Source of the DNA: Adineta vaga
Taxonomy: Eukaryota > Animalia > Rotifera
Direction of reading: 5' to 3'
Assembly: GCA_021613535.1 (NCBI GenBank)
Contig: CP075492.1
Coordinates: 17,794,001-17,858,000, forward strand
Length of the DNA stretch: 64,000 bases
Shown: in pieces, positions 47,630-60,850 of the stretch
Layout of the letters: every line of letters begins with the position of its first letter
How positions within the stretch are numbered: position 1 is the first letter of the stretch
Notes under the pieces: model-generated
What the model was told of the DNA's origin: nothing
The model's input: only the letters and a program-made list of their open reading frames with translations
Database searches by the model: none
Made by a program: the position numbers and the translations under genes

Positions 47630-48789
47630 GTCAAACTACAGAGGCACCTAGTTATTCTTGTAATGAAAGTGGTACTTCTATCAAGTTTACATGGACTTTG
47701 ACAAATCATTCGGCATGGAATCTAACATCAAATTGTTCTTTACAACAATGCTATGGAAGCTCGAATACTAGCCATTACTGTCGTTCATCGTCCACACCGT
47801 GTTTCGATTATCGTACAATTAACAATACTAGTTACTGCGCACCGGGTATTATTTGCTCGATTCTGGAACCCTGTAATAATATTACCTATGTCTGTGAGTC
47901 CAATAATTCCATATGCATAGTTAATTCATGTTGTTCGCAACAAGCAGTGTGTTTACCGTTATTAATGGCTAATTTCTGCACACCAGGTATAGCTTCTATC
48001 ATACTGTACTATCAAAATGTTTAGATATTGGTGATTTAACCCCCTTGAATCAGATGGGATTTCGCACTCACGGAAAGAATTAGAATCATATGACTTCTTT
48101 AAAAGTGGAGGACAGCGTAAAGTATAAAGAGATACCTCTCAGAGATCAACCTCATAGCGAGATTAGAATGACGGCAAAATGAAAGTTCTTAAACATTTTT
48201 ACAATTCACTGCGGACCAGTAGAGAAACTAAATTCGTTAGAATGAGTAACAATGAAAGCATAATCCGAGCAATTTGCGTGTGAAATAGATTGGTTTATAC
48301 GAAGAGTGAGTGCGATTGGGCTGTACCACATTGTCAAATCGAACTTTCCATGTATTCTATATAAAATCAGTCAAAAAGGTTATTTTAAAGAAATTTCAGC
48401 GACAATTACAACAGCGACCACTGCTATAACATCGACGACCGTTGCCAGTGGTAAGAATTACTATCGGACAAGAAAACGATTATAGAACTCTTATGTTTTT
48501 ATTCTTTTCCAAAGGTGAAGTGACTTATGCATGCAATGAAAACGAGTTAGTCAATCTCACGTGTACAAATTCGACGTCACTCACGATTATCAACGCTTTT
48601 TTCGGTGTTCTCGTTTGCGTTAGTTGCACTTGTGGTGGTTGTAATTGCGCAGACATGAATGTAACATCCATTGTCGCTTCTAACTGTACGGGTCACACCT
48701 TTTGCATGTTTTCCGCGAGTACATACGTTCTCGGTGATCCATGTTATTTCAGCATCAAAGTTTTCCAAGTTAAATATTCCTGCAGTTAA
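47630..48789 (+). CDS. Cys-rich domain + Thr linker + SUEL (rhamnose/galactose-binding) lectin; start uncertain
   Basis: Exons at ~47630-47987, ~48400-48451 and ~48515-48789. ACNENELVNLTC..IINAFFG..CTGHTFC..LGDPC..VKYSC. Confidence 0.75.
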
Positions 48790-49352
48790 AAGGAGGACTG
48801 TATTCTTCTGTTCCCTTTTCTGAAAGAAAGGGTTATACAGCGTAAAAACCATCGGCTTGAAATGCAAAAAGTTTGTCATTCTGTCCTATCGAATCAGAAT
48901 TCACCATTCTATAAGCTCGTAAAAACTGATCTTAGTCACCATAAAAGGTTTCGCCATCTTAAGGGTGGATGCACTGAAAAACAAATTGATGTTTTGCCGA
49001 ACCTGAAAGGTTCTCTATGCTTCCACCGATCGATTTTAAGTTCAGAAAAATGAAAAACGTTTCGTGCTTTATCTGCCGAACTAGTTTAAGTTCAGTAGGA
49101 TCGAGAAGGTTCGGCAGTTGACAACAAAAACCATCTGAAGGTTTTCTATGCGGTTCATAAAACCATTGATAGTTCTGTAACATGTCTACAGAACCAACAG
49201 CGGTTTCGTAGTCTGACGATAGGTTTCGTCTATTTTCTACCAAACTATTCCTAGTTTCGTAGGCCAATTGATGGTTCGTCAGTTTTCAAAAAGTTCAGAA
49301 TATTTTAAACTGAACCAAACATGGTTTCATATTAAAACTAAAGGTTTCTTCC

Positions 49353-49402
49353 GAGGTGTGGGTGTGGGTGTTATAAAGAGAAGAACTACACCCACACCCT
49401 AA
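49353..49402. repeat. Telomere-like palindrome P20
   Basis: GAGGTGTGGGTGTGGGTGT ... ACACCCACACCCTAA. Confidence 0.9.
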
Positions 49403-49623
49403 CATAGGGAAGGACTATTCCGACTCGTAATTACTCAGCACAATTTCCTCAGTTTCCTACCATAAACGGCAAAAAATGCACAGAAATTGACCGGCAAACA
49501 CCAATATTCTCCGTCATTCGAACCGGTTTAAGGAACCAGCAGGAAACTTACGGGACCAAAAATCACGTCCACACAGCATCGTCTTGCGTCTTCCATTTGA
49601 AGTTCCTATAATTTTTTTACCTA

Positions 49624-49686
49624 TCTTGAGGGTGTGGGTGTGTATTTGTCTTTTACTAACAACCCAGACCCACACCCACCCCTCAA
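49624..49686. repeat. Telomere-like palindrome P21
   Basis: TCTTGAGGGTGTGGGTGT ... ACCCACACCCACCCCTCAA. Confidence 0.9.
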
Positions 49687-49786
49687 ATCAGAAGAGTATA
49701 ATCCACTACTTTAAGAAACAGGCAGGTTGTGTGGTCACAATGCATCTCAACGTATTCTGTTGTTATATAGCAATCAATAAAAATCT

Positions 49787-49858
49787 TTTGAGGTTGTGGT
49801 TGGGTGTTAGAGTCGAGAGAAGATATTCACATTCATACACCCACACCCATCCTCAAGA
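49787..49858. repeat. Telomere-like palindrome P22
   Basis: TTTGAGGTTGTGGTTGGGTGT ... ACACCCACACCCATCCTCAAGA. Confidence 0.9.
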
Positions 49859-49949
49859 AAACATTTCAAATTCTAACTGAGAAATATGTATCGCCTAAAA
49901 AATCTTTCTTTCGAAAGGAAACCGAACAATTAATTTTATTCTAAAGATC

Positions 49950-51536
49950 TTAAACGTTCAATGTTATAGATGTACTTCGAAACAAGTGCACAAGATTTTG
50001 TCGTTCAATGGAAGTTATGTTATTATTAGCAGCATAGAACGTTTTCAGTGTTCTCATATTTGTCATTTGATATGGAATACTAATCAATCGATTATAATTG
50101 ATAGATAACATTTGTAATGTCGATGATAATTTCATGATTTCAAGTGGAATTGAAGAAATTTGATTAAAAAATATATCTAATCTTTGTAATGACTTATATT
50201 CTGCAATTCCATCCAGCGATGTCAATGAGTTATTATTAAGATAAAGTTCTCGAATATAAATAAGAGGTGGTTGAAAAATCTTCTCTTCAAATTTATTATT
50301 CATTAATTTCAAAATTTGTAAATTTGGTAAATCATTTGATAATGTCGAAGGTAACGATGATAATTGATTGAATTGCATTGTTAATGTTTTTAAAGATTTT
50401 AACGATAAAATACTTTCAGGAAATGATTTCAATTGACAGTTTGATAGATCAAGTTCTTTGATCGATGGTACATTTGTAAATGAAATATTTTCTAAAAGTA
50501 GACTTCCGACAATACGAATACTTGATATCAACGGTAGATTTTCAAACGAAATTGATTGAAGATTTGAAAGTGAACTTGATTCAAAAATAGACAATGAAGG
50601 TAAATTGTTCAATATAATTGTTTTTAATTGTACACTATTCGTGAGTGATATTGATTGAAGTGTAGATATATTTTCCATATCTAATGAAATTAATTTTGTA
50701 TTTGATGAAAGTGTAAACGATTGTAATAGATTTAGATTTTGTAGTTTTAATTCTAATAATTCATTATTGTATGAAATATCAATGGAAGATAATTTCAACA
50801 TATCCGTAATTTTAAGTGATGCTAAGATTAAATTCGATGTCATTTTTAGAAAAGATAAATTATTTAGATTTCGTAATTCGACTTTATTTATATTCGTTTT
50901 TGTTATTTCTAATTTTTGTAATAATTGATAATTGTTTATTGTTGAAGGAATATTGGATAAATTCGGTAAATCGATCAAGTTTAAAATGTAAAGATTTTCT
51001 AATTTTCCCATATTTTCATCAGAAAGTTTTTTTAAATTTGGAATTTGTTTAAGAGTTAAGGATCGTAATTGAATTAAATATTCAATTTCATCTGGTAAAT
51101 CTTCAAGATTTTTTATATCGGTTAATTCTAATTCCTTCATAGATGTTAACTGTCCTATTTCCGATGGTAAATGTTGATTAATCATTCCATTGTCTGATTG
51201 AATTACTAATAATGCAAGATTTCGAAAATTTTTTATATCAGATAAAATCGTTAAATTTGTATTGATTAATCGAAGGGATTGTAAACTTTTCAAACAATAG
51301 ATATTTGAAGACGGATTTTTATCATTAAATATACCAAAACTCATTACTTGTCGTGATGTTGCATTGTAATCAACTGATGAAACAAAGGGATATAGTAATG
51401 GTCGTACATAAAATGGATTTAAATTGATTATATCGATGTCATCAGAATAGATAGTACAATCGATTTGTGCATTGATAATTGGATTCAAATTGATGAATGA
51501 GAGATAAATAAAGAGTAATACTGGAATAGATTTCAT
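49950..51536 (-). CDS. Secreted leucine-rich repeat protein, intronless
   Basis: Signal peptide plus many LxxLxLxxN repeats. Confidence 0.9.
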   Translation of the reverse strand: MKSIPVLLFIYLSFINLNPIINAQIDCTIYSDDIDIINLNPFYVRPLLYPFVSSVDYNATSRQVMSFGIFNDKNPSSNIYCLKSLQSLRLINTNLTILSDIKNFRNLALLVIQSDNGMINQHLPSEIGQLTSMKELELTDIKNLEDLPDEIEYLIQLRSLTLKQIPNLKKLSDENMGKLENLYILNLIDLPNLSNIPSTINNYQLLQKLEITKTNINKVELRNLNNLSFLKMTSNLILASLKITDMLKLSSIDISYNNELLELKLQNLNLLQSFTLSSNTKLISLDMENISTLQSISLTNSVQLKTIILNNLPSLSIFESSSLSNLQSISFENLPLISSIRIVGSLLLENISFTNVPSIKELDLSNCQLKSFPESILSLKSLKTLTMQFNQLSSLPSTLSNDLPNLQILKLMNNKFEEKIFQPPLIYIRELYLNNNSLTSLDGIAEYKSLQRLDIFFNQISSIPLEIMKLSSTLQMLSINYNRLISIPYQMTNMRTLKTFYAANNNITSIERQNLVHLFRSTSITLNV

Positions 51537-51810
51537 GTTTTGTGCTGTGTCCTTTTGTTTTTTTTTCTGATTTTCATCAATTTTTATTCATAGAGAAATA
51601 GCAGATGTTTGTTTTCTCATTTGCTTTTTATTCGTCATGATCAATACAGGTGATTATGTTCTCAAAGAGCAAAAAAAAAATTTAGAACTGAGGACGTGTT
51701 AGTAATAAATACGAGGCAAAAAGAGATTAAGTAGTTTTCGTAGTTTTTTTTTTTAATATTTTATTTATTGAAATCGTTTTTTGTCAATATCTAAAAACTC
51801 AGTGTAACAA

Positions 51811-51867
51811 ATGAGTGTAGGTAAAGCGAACAGTTATCCTAGTCCTAATTCAAACCAACACCCTCAT
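51811..51867. repeat. Degenerate palindrome P23
   Basis: ATGAGTGTAGGT ... ACCAACACCCTCAT. Confidence 0.6.
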
Positions 51868-52215
51868 TGATATATATATATATAAGTACAATATCAAATT
51901 AGTTTTCATTTGCGAAAGTTTATTAAATAAAAACGAAGCAGATGAACAAAAATATCAAAATCTAATATAACATAATCATATACATCATAAAAAGTATAGG
52001 TGAAATAAATGAAATAAAATATCCAACAAGAAATAACCATGAGTCATCAACTGATTTGATACAAAAGAAATGATTAATCGTTAATGGAGCAAAACAAAGT
52101 CGTTCACCGCACCCAGACTATCACATATGCATTCTTCATAGTGATTGTAAACAAAAGCAAGATGTTTCTTTGAAAAATAGAAAGCCTTAGTTTATCTTCT
52201 GTTTTCTAGAAAACA

Positions 52216-52254
52216 TCGAGGGTGTGAGTTATCTCTTTTCATCATCTACACCCG
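52216..52254. repeat. Degenerate palindrome P24
   Basis: TCGAGGGTGTGAGT ... TCTACACCCG. Confidence 0.6.
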
Positions 52255-52337
52255 AACATCTCCATTTTAATTAAACTTTATTCTTCATCAATCTGTTTCA
52301 AACTGCGTATAGAAGAAAACAATTTCGTAAATACTGC

Positions 52338-52590
52338 TCAATGGACGTTTGAAAATTGGAATGTTACGAAAAGTGACATGATTAGGACAGATGTGAGAGA
52401 CGAAGTCACACTAGCGGATGATGTTCCGAAGAATTTATCAAAATCGAATGTAATCGTGGTTGATTGACGAATTTTATTGATATTTTCCATCGAATTGCAT
52501 CTTTCGTGTTGAAATTCGATATTTTTGTGATTATAAAGCTGTGTTCGATTGTTCAATAAAAATCTCGATTCACTATTTACAAGATTACCG
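52338..52590 (-). pseudogene. Orphan 3' fragment with a hydrophobic (GPI-signal-like) C-terminus between P24 and P25
   Basis: Ends SSASVTSSLTSVLIMSLFVTFQF; no convincing start before palindrome P25. Confidence 0.35.
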
Positions 52591-52646
52591 CTTGAATGTG
52601 GGTTTGTTTAATACACTTCTCTTCATCTACACCCACACCCTCAAGA
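52591..52646. repeat. Telomere-like palindrome P25
   Basis: CTTGAATGTGGGT ... ACACCCACACCCTCAAGA. Confidence 0.85.
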
Positions 52647-54376
52647 TTCTATTTGGATAGAAAATCATTTGAATTTACCTATTGAACAAAAAATATAATA
52701 TTTTATTACAATTAAAATTATATAAATATCCAAATTTACGTTATTCTGTTAATAAAATGCAATTAAGATACTTATAGAAGATCATTATTCATTATTTTTC
52801 GAAAAATTTATTATTTATTTCTGTAATAATTTATGTTTATAATTGATAATTGATGATTATGTAGATACACTTTGTAAAGGTAGTCAAAAAATAATATTTA
52901 ATAATGAAAATGATCCTTTCTTTTGTATCATGAATATAAAAAAATTTAGTTCCCCTAAAGATTATAATGATGAAACCAAATTTTTATCTATGGAAGATAT
53001 TGAAAAGAATTTTAAGAAAAGTATTCAACAGATAAATGGAGAATCACTTTGATTCTTTTTAAATTAAACATCATTTTAATAATTATAATTAACATATTTG
53101 AAAATATTTTATTAAAGAAGTTCATCATTTATTATTATGATCAAATCTTACATCTGCACTTATCATTTGAATATTATCTGTGGGTTTTTTTTAATATATC
53201 TTTTTAATGTAGTAATTCATTTCATTTTATGTGTTTTATTTATGTTAATTGTAGATTTTAGTCAAAGGAGGAAAAAGCAGACTTCTGTACTTCTTTATAC
53301 CTCATAACACTTATATTGGCATATGTTAAAAGTTTCATCCCAAAAAAACAGAACAAAAGTGACCTGTCACTGGAATTATTGAAAATTGTATTCCCAATAA
53401 ATAACGCTCGTCGAGGCTGACTCGCTTGACCCTCGACTGAATTCTCATTAATCAGCCTACATTATGTCTTCTGTGAATGTGCTTTAAAAGCTTCCGTTGT
53501 GTGCAGTCTCATGCAAAGTTTGTTTGAATTTGTTTTATGAAAATGAGATGTCGATTATTTTTAACAATTGTTTTATGAAGAATGTGTTACATTATGATTT
53601 GATAGAAATGCTTCATGTTTACTCTATCGATGTAAATTATCAATTAAACAAGAAAATTATTGTGTTGAATTTACTTCAGGATATTTACATCGATACATTC
53701 CACTCAAATATTATCATTATTATTCAAAAAGTATGATTAAACAATCTCATAATAATTCACCTCGATAAACTAAGAAAAGACAATACAATTAATTAAATGT
53801 TCATTAAGTAAATAATTCTTAGTCGAATTTAATTCATTTAATATTACAACGATCGTTTACTTTTGGAAAAATACCATTAGAAATGAAATTATAAACTCTA
53901 TTCATTGTAATATTTGAGGATACTGAAGTAATTGTCAAGTTTGTTACCGAGAGTACGATAAAAGTTTTCAATAATTTTGCAAATAAATATGTTCAATATT
54001 GTTTTGAAATAATGTGTAGGAATTCATATTTTTCAAAATATCTAACATGTTTGAAAGAAAATTCTACATTATATTTCGATAAAGAAACATCTCCATTACT
54101 GAATCTCATCTGAACTATATAATGAACTTTTAAAAAATATAAATATATACTCATTTTCTATGTTTGCGTGTGTTAAAGTTAGCACGCATCTTTTTAAATG
54201 CAATTAATTAAAATATTTATTCGAAGAAAAGGCAAATAAGTGTACTTTGATATTCTTTTCTTTGTATTTCAAATTAAAAGAAAGATCTTTTATCTTTTAT
54301 AATATATTAATGAATTAATTTTATATAAGTAATCATAAAACATTTTTTTATTTTTCACATCGCAAAAACTATTTCA

Positions 54377-55425
54377 ATGTCATCAGCAACTATAGCTTCT
54401 CTATCGTTGATATCAAAACAATTGATTATTTATTCGGGAATATTTTGTTTTACTCTTGGTATGATCGGTGCTGTTCTTAATATATTAATATTTCTTAGTT
54501 TAAAAATATTTCGACAAAACTCATGTACATTTTATTTAACAATTATGTCTATATCAAATATTGGACAAATATTTTTAGTTATTCTAGCTGATTTTATGAA
54601 TGTTGGTTATAGTATTGATTGGTCAAGAAATTCATTATTTTATTGTAAACTTCGACCATTATGTTTTCATGTTATTCGATTGACTTCTTCTACAAGTCTT
54701 TGTTTAGCAACAGTTGATCAATATTTATCAACATGTTCTCGACCTCAATGGCAACAATGGGCTAATATTAAATTTGCACATCGTCTAATTATTATATTTA
54801 TATCTGTATGGATTATTATCGAATTACCATGTTTAATTTATTATACTCATATAATTTCATCAACTACAGGACAAACATCATGTATGATAACAAATGAAAT
54901 ATTTACAAAATTTAATTATTATTTTACAGAAATGATTGCTTGGCATTTTCTACCTTTATTAGTTACATTATTATTTGGAATATTAGCATTTTATAATATC
55001 AAACAGATAGCTCATCGAACTGTACCTTTAGTTCGACGTCAATTAGATAAACAATTAACTATAATGGTTTTTCTACAAGTTCTTTTCAATTTTATGGTTG
55101 TTGTTCCTTATTTAATTATAGTTTTTATATTACGATATGGAAATATTATCATTCAAAATAATATTTATACTGCTGTACTACTTTTCTTATATAATTTATT
55201 TGTATGTTTTTATTATTTATATTTTGCAGTAAGTATAAAACGACATTTTATTTCAATATTAGAAAAAATTCATTTTTCATTTTTCATTTTTAGTGTCCAT
55301 TTTATGTATATATATGTGTATCGGAAAGGTTTCGTCGACAACTATTATTTGTATTGTCTAAAATCTATCCACATCAATGGCGACGACAACATATCATTAT
55401 TAATCAAGTATATCCTCAAACATAA
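54377..55425 (+). CDS. Rhodopsin-like GPCR (2 exons)
   Basis: 7TM with CLATVDQY. Intron 55229-55293 restores CPFYVYICVSERFRRQL. Confidence 0.9.
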
Positions 55426-56226
55426 ATAATATATCTATTGAATATAACTGAAATTATTTAGTTTATTATAAAGTATATTAAATTCATCACTAAAAAGTTA
55501 TCGTAAAGGTGAAGGCGTGTTCATCTTATTTGTATCATACTCATGTGCATTCATACATAGCGGCGACGCCAGGAATTTTCATCTACGGGAGGGACTCAGC
55601 TCCTTATTTTTAAAAGTGTTTTATTTCATTCAGATTAATACTATATCTTTGTACATAGTCGAATATTGACACTTATCTGTAAATAATTTAGTTTCTTTGA
55701 TTCATAAAATGTCAAAATATATAATCTAACACAATAGAATTTTTAATCATTTGAATTGTTTGTAGAAATGAATTAATTGTTTATTAATTTGATTCTGCAT
55801 AAATATGAAGATTAAACTCATCTATATGATTAGAAATTTTTTTACTTTCTGGACAAACTGTAGAAATACTTTTCATGATTGAGAATATTTTTGATGAAAA
55901 TCTATCGTTCAGCTCAACAAAACGATCATGAAAAAGTCGACTGATCTGCTTATCCGACTTTTTATGAACGCTAAAATTCATCAATAATAATACGCTCGTA
56001 AAAGATGCGATAAATCACTCAAAAATCGCCATTTACAGTCGTACTGACTTGACTAGAACACATAAAATACTAGTTTGTTTCGTTTTCTGCAAGACGATAT
56101 TCATATTTCTACAACAATTGGACAAAATAATAGGATAAAAGAGAATATGTATGTATAATCATTGTAATGAAAGATAAAAGTGAAAATGAACATCGGCGAG
56201 TAGAAGTTTTACGGTTGCCATTCATG

Positions 56227-56250
56227 ACACCCATATCCACTCTTACCCTA
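56227..56250. repeat. Degenerate right half-site P26
   Basis: ACACCCATATCCACTCTTACCCTA. Confidence 0.45.
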
Positions 56251-57151
56251 TAATGACGAGCGCATTATGTAAGCTTGTCTGTAACACTGAGAATGTATGT
56301 ATATATGACAAAACAAAACTAAGAAGCAAGACCTCCACAATGAATCAAATGTATATAAATGAAAGAGTAAAAGAATGATATCGTAAATAATATTCTTTCT
56401 CAAAGAAAAAAAAGTGAAACAAAAAGGCACAGAACACCATGTGAATGAAGAGATAAAAACGAATGTGTCCAAGAGTAATGTGTTGAAGAAGAAAAATTTA
56501 TTAAAATCCACTAATTGAAATTATAGTTTCCTTATTTTTATTTTTCATTAATAAATTCATTTCTGATGGCACCTTGACTCAAATGTTTAAACGAGTTTTC
56601 TAATTATAGTTAGAACAAGAAATGAGGAAATTTTTATTTAAGTTTATTAGATTGAAGTTCTAATCCATTTCATCAAGCAACCAAGTCCTGACTACGAGCA
56701 CAACTATCATAGTAAAAAGGATCCGAATATGATTTCACGTTTGATGATCCATCGTCTTTGAATTAAAAAAAGGTTGTTACTAAATTATCTTTTATAATTT
56801 ATTTACTTGATAAACTTTCTGTTCGTTTTGTTTCATCCGTTTTTGATAAAATTGTTGGAGAATTGTCCTAAAAATACTGAGAACTATCAATATTCTTCTC
56901 AAAGTATGAATACGCAACGGAAATAGATTCATTGACGTCTGATTGTTGATCTCTTGAATTCAATGATGTTGATGAATCTATAAAGAAGACGTTTAGTCAA
57001 ATGTTGTGTTTATTCACTAAGAAATACTAATAACATATTGCTGAGTGTCAGAATCACGTGTAGAACCATCGGAGTTATTTTCGAATTCCATCGATTGAAA
57101 AGAGCCTTCACTCGAATAATTTTGTTTCTGAATACTGTTTTCCGTCGGTTC

Positions 57152-57931
57152 CTAGAAAACGAAAAAATGCTCTAATTTTCGAAATAAATATGTATGTAAA
57201 AATTCTATCACTTCTTTAATTGGTATATTCAATGAATCATTTGATTGAAGAATCATTTGTGACCAGAATGATTCTTCTCTATCGACTACATGAAACCATG
57301 CAAATCTTTCTTCTTGTTTAAGAGATTTTGCAATACCTAAAATAAGTTCGTTAACACCCGATGGTTCTTTTCGAATATTCATATCATCATCAATAAATGT
57401 TTCACTATTGACCATAGTACATAAACCAAAATTATTAAAATAAATAATTTTATTTTCTTGAATAGGTTGTATACTTGAATGAACCTTTTGAAGAATATTT
57501 TTAAACTCCTTCACAACAACTTCACGATTTCGATTAGCCCACATATTTGTACAAACAAGAGCACAGAATATATTTTGATTAGCACATTCTGATACTAACC
57601 ATTCAACATGTTTTAATTTAGCAAAAGAACCAGGTGATGCACAATAAATCATACATAATGGTTTTGTAATTTTAATTAATTTATTAAAATGATCACGTAC
57701 ATCATTTTCATGCCATGATTCAATACCAGGTAAATCCCAGAATATTGTTTGATAACAGTGATTATCTTTTGTATATTTAACTTCACATTTAGTGAAATGT
57801 TCAGTACAAGAATCTAAACTGGAACTATTATTGACTAATTTTTGTTGACAAACAGCATTGATAAGACTACTTTTTCCAACACGTGGTGATCCACACAGTG
57901 CAATATTAATCACTATTTGATCTGGATTCAT
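57152..57931 (-). CDS. Small P-loop GTPase (MMR_HSR1/G-domain type)
   Basis: GSPRVGKSS, WDLPG, CTNMW. Confidence 0.85.
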   Translation of the reverse strand: MNPDQIVINIALCGSPRVGKSSLINAVCQQKLVNNSSSLDSCTEHFTKCEVKYTKDNHCYQTIFWDLPGIESWHENDVRDHFNKLIKITKPLCMIYCASPGSFAKLKHVEWLVSECANQNIFCALVCTNMWANRNREVVVKEFKNILQKVHSSIQPIQENKIIYFNNFGLCTMVNSETFIDDDMNIRKEPSGVNELILGIAKSLKQEERFAWFHVVDREESFWSQMILQSNDSLNIPIKEVIEFLHTYLFRKLEHFFVF

Positions 57932-58127
57932 TCGAAGTTTTATTTTCTAAAATAAAAATTATAAAATCATATCTTTTTTTTGTTTCTATAGCTGCTGTTG
58001 CATTAAGAGAAAGAAAACTATTAAAAATCGATAAAATAAAAAGTTTTATTAACATAAATGTACAATTATAATTAATCTATTGACTCAATTTAAAAAATGA
58101 TACGAGTTCATTTACTCAACATTTAGT

Positions 58128-59063
58128 TTATCGTGCATTCAAATACGATTTTATAGCAACATCTAAGACATCGAATCCAATTTCGGCGGCAGATTTTTCT
58201 CGTATACTTAATATTTCTGTAAAACGCGACCGCCAAAATCCTTCTGTTTTATCGCCAAGCTTCTCCCAGAAAGAACGACGATTAAGGGTAGTTGTGCACC
58301 ATCCAAGTAAGTTTTTTCCATCTGTTAGTTCCATGATGCTATTGATGAATTCATCTACTCCTTGAACAGGTCTTTTAACATCCAAATCGTTGTCCTCATA
58401 TTCAATCGAATTTACCATCATACAAAGAGCTCCATTACCGAAAAATCTCACCACTTCTGTATCAGATGAACTCTCTTTATTAAACTTTTCTATGCATTCA
58501 TTACCAAATATCTTTAACTCTTTTCTGAATTCTTCAATAACTGTTCTTCGATCCTTGCCTGACCACATATTTGTACAGATTAAAGCACAAATAATATGTT
58601 TCTCATGGCAATATGTTAATATATTTCGAAGTGGTGCCAGTGGCGAAAAGCAACCAGGAGAAGCACAGAAAATAAGGCACATTGGATCGATGTCTTGAAT
58701 CAATTTTTAAAAACATTTTTCACCATTCTCATCGTCCCATGATTCAATACCCGGTGTATCAAAAATGTTGATTTTACTTGGTGAAAGTCCTTCTATTTGA
58801 AACTTTGGACCTTTCAAGACATATTCCTGTACCTTTTGTGTGCATGCATCAAGACTTGAGCTTGTTTCTGCAATCGAAACACCACACAATGCATTAATCA
58901 ATGAACTTTTGCCAACTCTTGGCGAACCCATAATAATTATGTTGAATATAAGTTTATTAAACACAGAATCGATTTCGTTACTATAATGATCTTGCGACAA
59001 AGTTTGACGAATATTTTCAACGACGGCACGAGTGATTATCTTGCGTATATGATCAGGATCCAT
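58128..59063 (-). pseudogene. Paralogous G-domain GTPase with one in-frame TAA (58707-58709)
   Basis: GSPRVGKSS and FDTPG. IESWDDENGEKCF*KLIQ aligns without gaps to the neighbour's IESWHENDVRDHFNKLIK. Confidence 0.8.
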
Positions 59064-59598
59064 AAAGTTGGAAAAGAATTGTCTAATTTATCTACAAGTA
59101 AAACTACCAGCAGTAAAGTTTTGTGTGAAATGTAAACTCTATCTCTTTTTTTATGCAATAACAAATCAGTAAATAACGCTGCTCGATCTTGGCAATTACT
59201 GAAATATGCACTATGAATGCATGTAGATTGTTTTTATTATCTTTTTTCCAATAAAACTCACCTTTATTTGTAAGCTGATGTTAATAAAACAAATATTTAT
59301 AGAGAAAAAACCATGAAAAAGTGAAGAATGAATTATAAAAACGAGATAAAAGCAGTTGTCTCGGCGGTAATATAGAAGAAAAACACATAAAGAGTGAAGA
59401 TGCAAGTATTTTTTGAGATCTGTTGCGCACACATTAATAATCTCAAGACCATTGTCACTCTCTTCAATATCATTTATGTAAAAATGTTATCTTTTTGTAC
59501 CATACATTTGATTGATATACGATTTCAGTATATTTCAGAATACAATAAGCGACAATATACAAACTTTGAACACACGTAGGATATTCTAGTATAAGATT

Positions 59599-59657
59599 CG
59601 GGTGTGGGTGTGGGTATCTATTGATTATTTCAACACATACCCGCCCACACCCTCAAG
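59599..59657. repeat. Telomere-like palindrome P27
   Basis: GGGTGTGGGTGTGGGTA ... ACCCGCCCACACCCTCAAGA. Confidence 0.9.
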
Positions 59658-59827
59658 AGAATACTTCTGGTATGCGATATCGATAGTATTCGAATTTGAA
59701 CGAGCAAGACATGAAAATAAAGGATAGTTTTGTTTTATTAGGTTAAATATGAATGGAATTCAATAGTTCTTTTTAGCATGGTAAAAGTATGATAGGATAA
59801 AAAAACAATAGTTCTGTTTATTGTTGT

Positions 59828-60850
59828 TCAATTTGCATGTGTGACGAATCGTTGACATGGTTGAACTAATTTTTTTTGAATAATCTGTTTTAATTCTCGT
59901 CGAAATATATCTGATGTTAATATAAAAATTGGAAATGTTAAAGCATAACCAAGATAAATCATATCATAGAATAAATTATTCATAAATGTATCCCGTACAG
60001 CACGCCATCCTGATAATGTAACAATATTAATATATGATCGATAAATACCATATACTGGTAGGGGAATATTGAAAATTAAATAAACAATCACTTGATTAAT
60101 TAACATCTTATGTAGTTGTGTTTCTTTTCTTGATGCAAGATTGATGTTAATATTTTCACTTCCAGTAACTGATTCTGTTGTTCTTACACGGCGTTTACTT
60201 TGATGAACATTACGAAGAGTAAGTAATCCAAAGATTGACATTGGAATAATTGGAAATAAACCATTTTCGAATGTAATAAAATAATTAAAATAGGTGAAAA
60301 AACTTTTTGATTGAATTCGACATTTGTTATGACGAACATCATACGTGACGAGAACTTGAATGTAGAAAAAAATCCAAATAATAGCATTTATAATAACAAG
60401 ACGAAGAGCAATTTTTGATGAACTCCATTGACGAAGATTAGCCTTTTGAGAACTGGAAAAGAAACGATCTGCAGACGCAAAGATAATGTTATACCGAGCA
60501 CTAGCCATTGAAACATAATAAATATAAAAACGAATCTTACAAAACCATGATGGTACAGAATTAACCGAAACACCATAACCATATTGAATCATTCGAATAA
60601 AAGTTGCAAAATTAAAAATAAATAACTGTGAAAAATTTGAAGCTATAAAATAAATAGCACAAGGACTTTTACGAAATGCTACTTGTTGAAATACAATACA
60701 AGTAGAAAGTGCTCCAATATTTCCAATAATCCATGCAAAACCATCAAGAAATTGTGAAAAAGTTTTAATCAAAAGATTAAACAGAATTGTTAATCGAATT
60801 TGTTCATCTACAGTACCAACTATAGTAGTAATCACTGTAAGGTTATTCAT
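59828..60850 (-). CDS. Rhodopsin-like GPCR, intronless
   Basis: 7TM with ASADRF and FPIFILTSDIFR. Confidence 0.9.
   Translation of the reverse strand: MNNLTVITTIVGTVDEQIRLTILFNLLIKTFSQFLDGFAWIIGNIGALSTCIVFQQVAFRKSPCAIYFIASNFSQLFIFNFATFIRMIQYGYGVSVNSVPSWFCKIRFYIYYVSMASARYNIIFASADRFFSSSQKANLRQWSSSKIALRLVIINAIIWIFFYIQVLVTYDVRHNKCRIQSKSFFTYFNYFITFENGLFPIIPMSIFGLLTLRNVHQSKRRVRTTESVTGSENININLASRKETQLHKMLINQVIVYLIFNIPLPVYGIYRSYINIVTLSGWRAVRDTFMNNLFYDMIYLGYALTFPIFILTSDIFRRELKQIIQKKLVQPCQRFVTHAN

Noticed and set aside
48810-49345. Possible TIR element with AAACC/GGTTT subterminal repeats (ORFs 48862, 48959)
   Set aside because: It looks TE-derived, but I could not define termini or a TSD, and the ORFs have no recognisable motifs.
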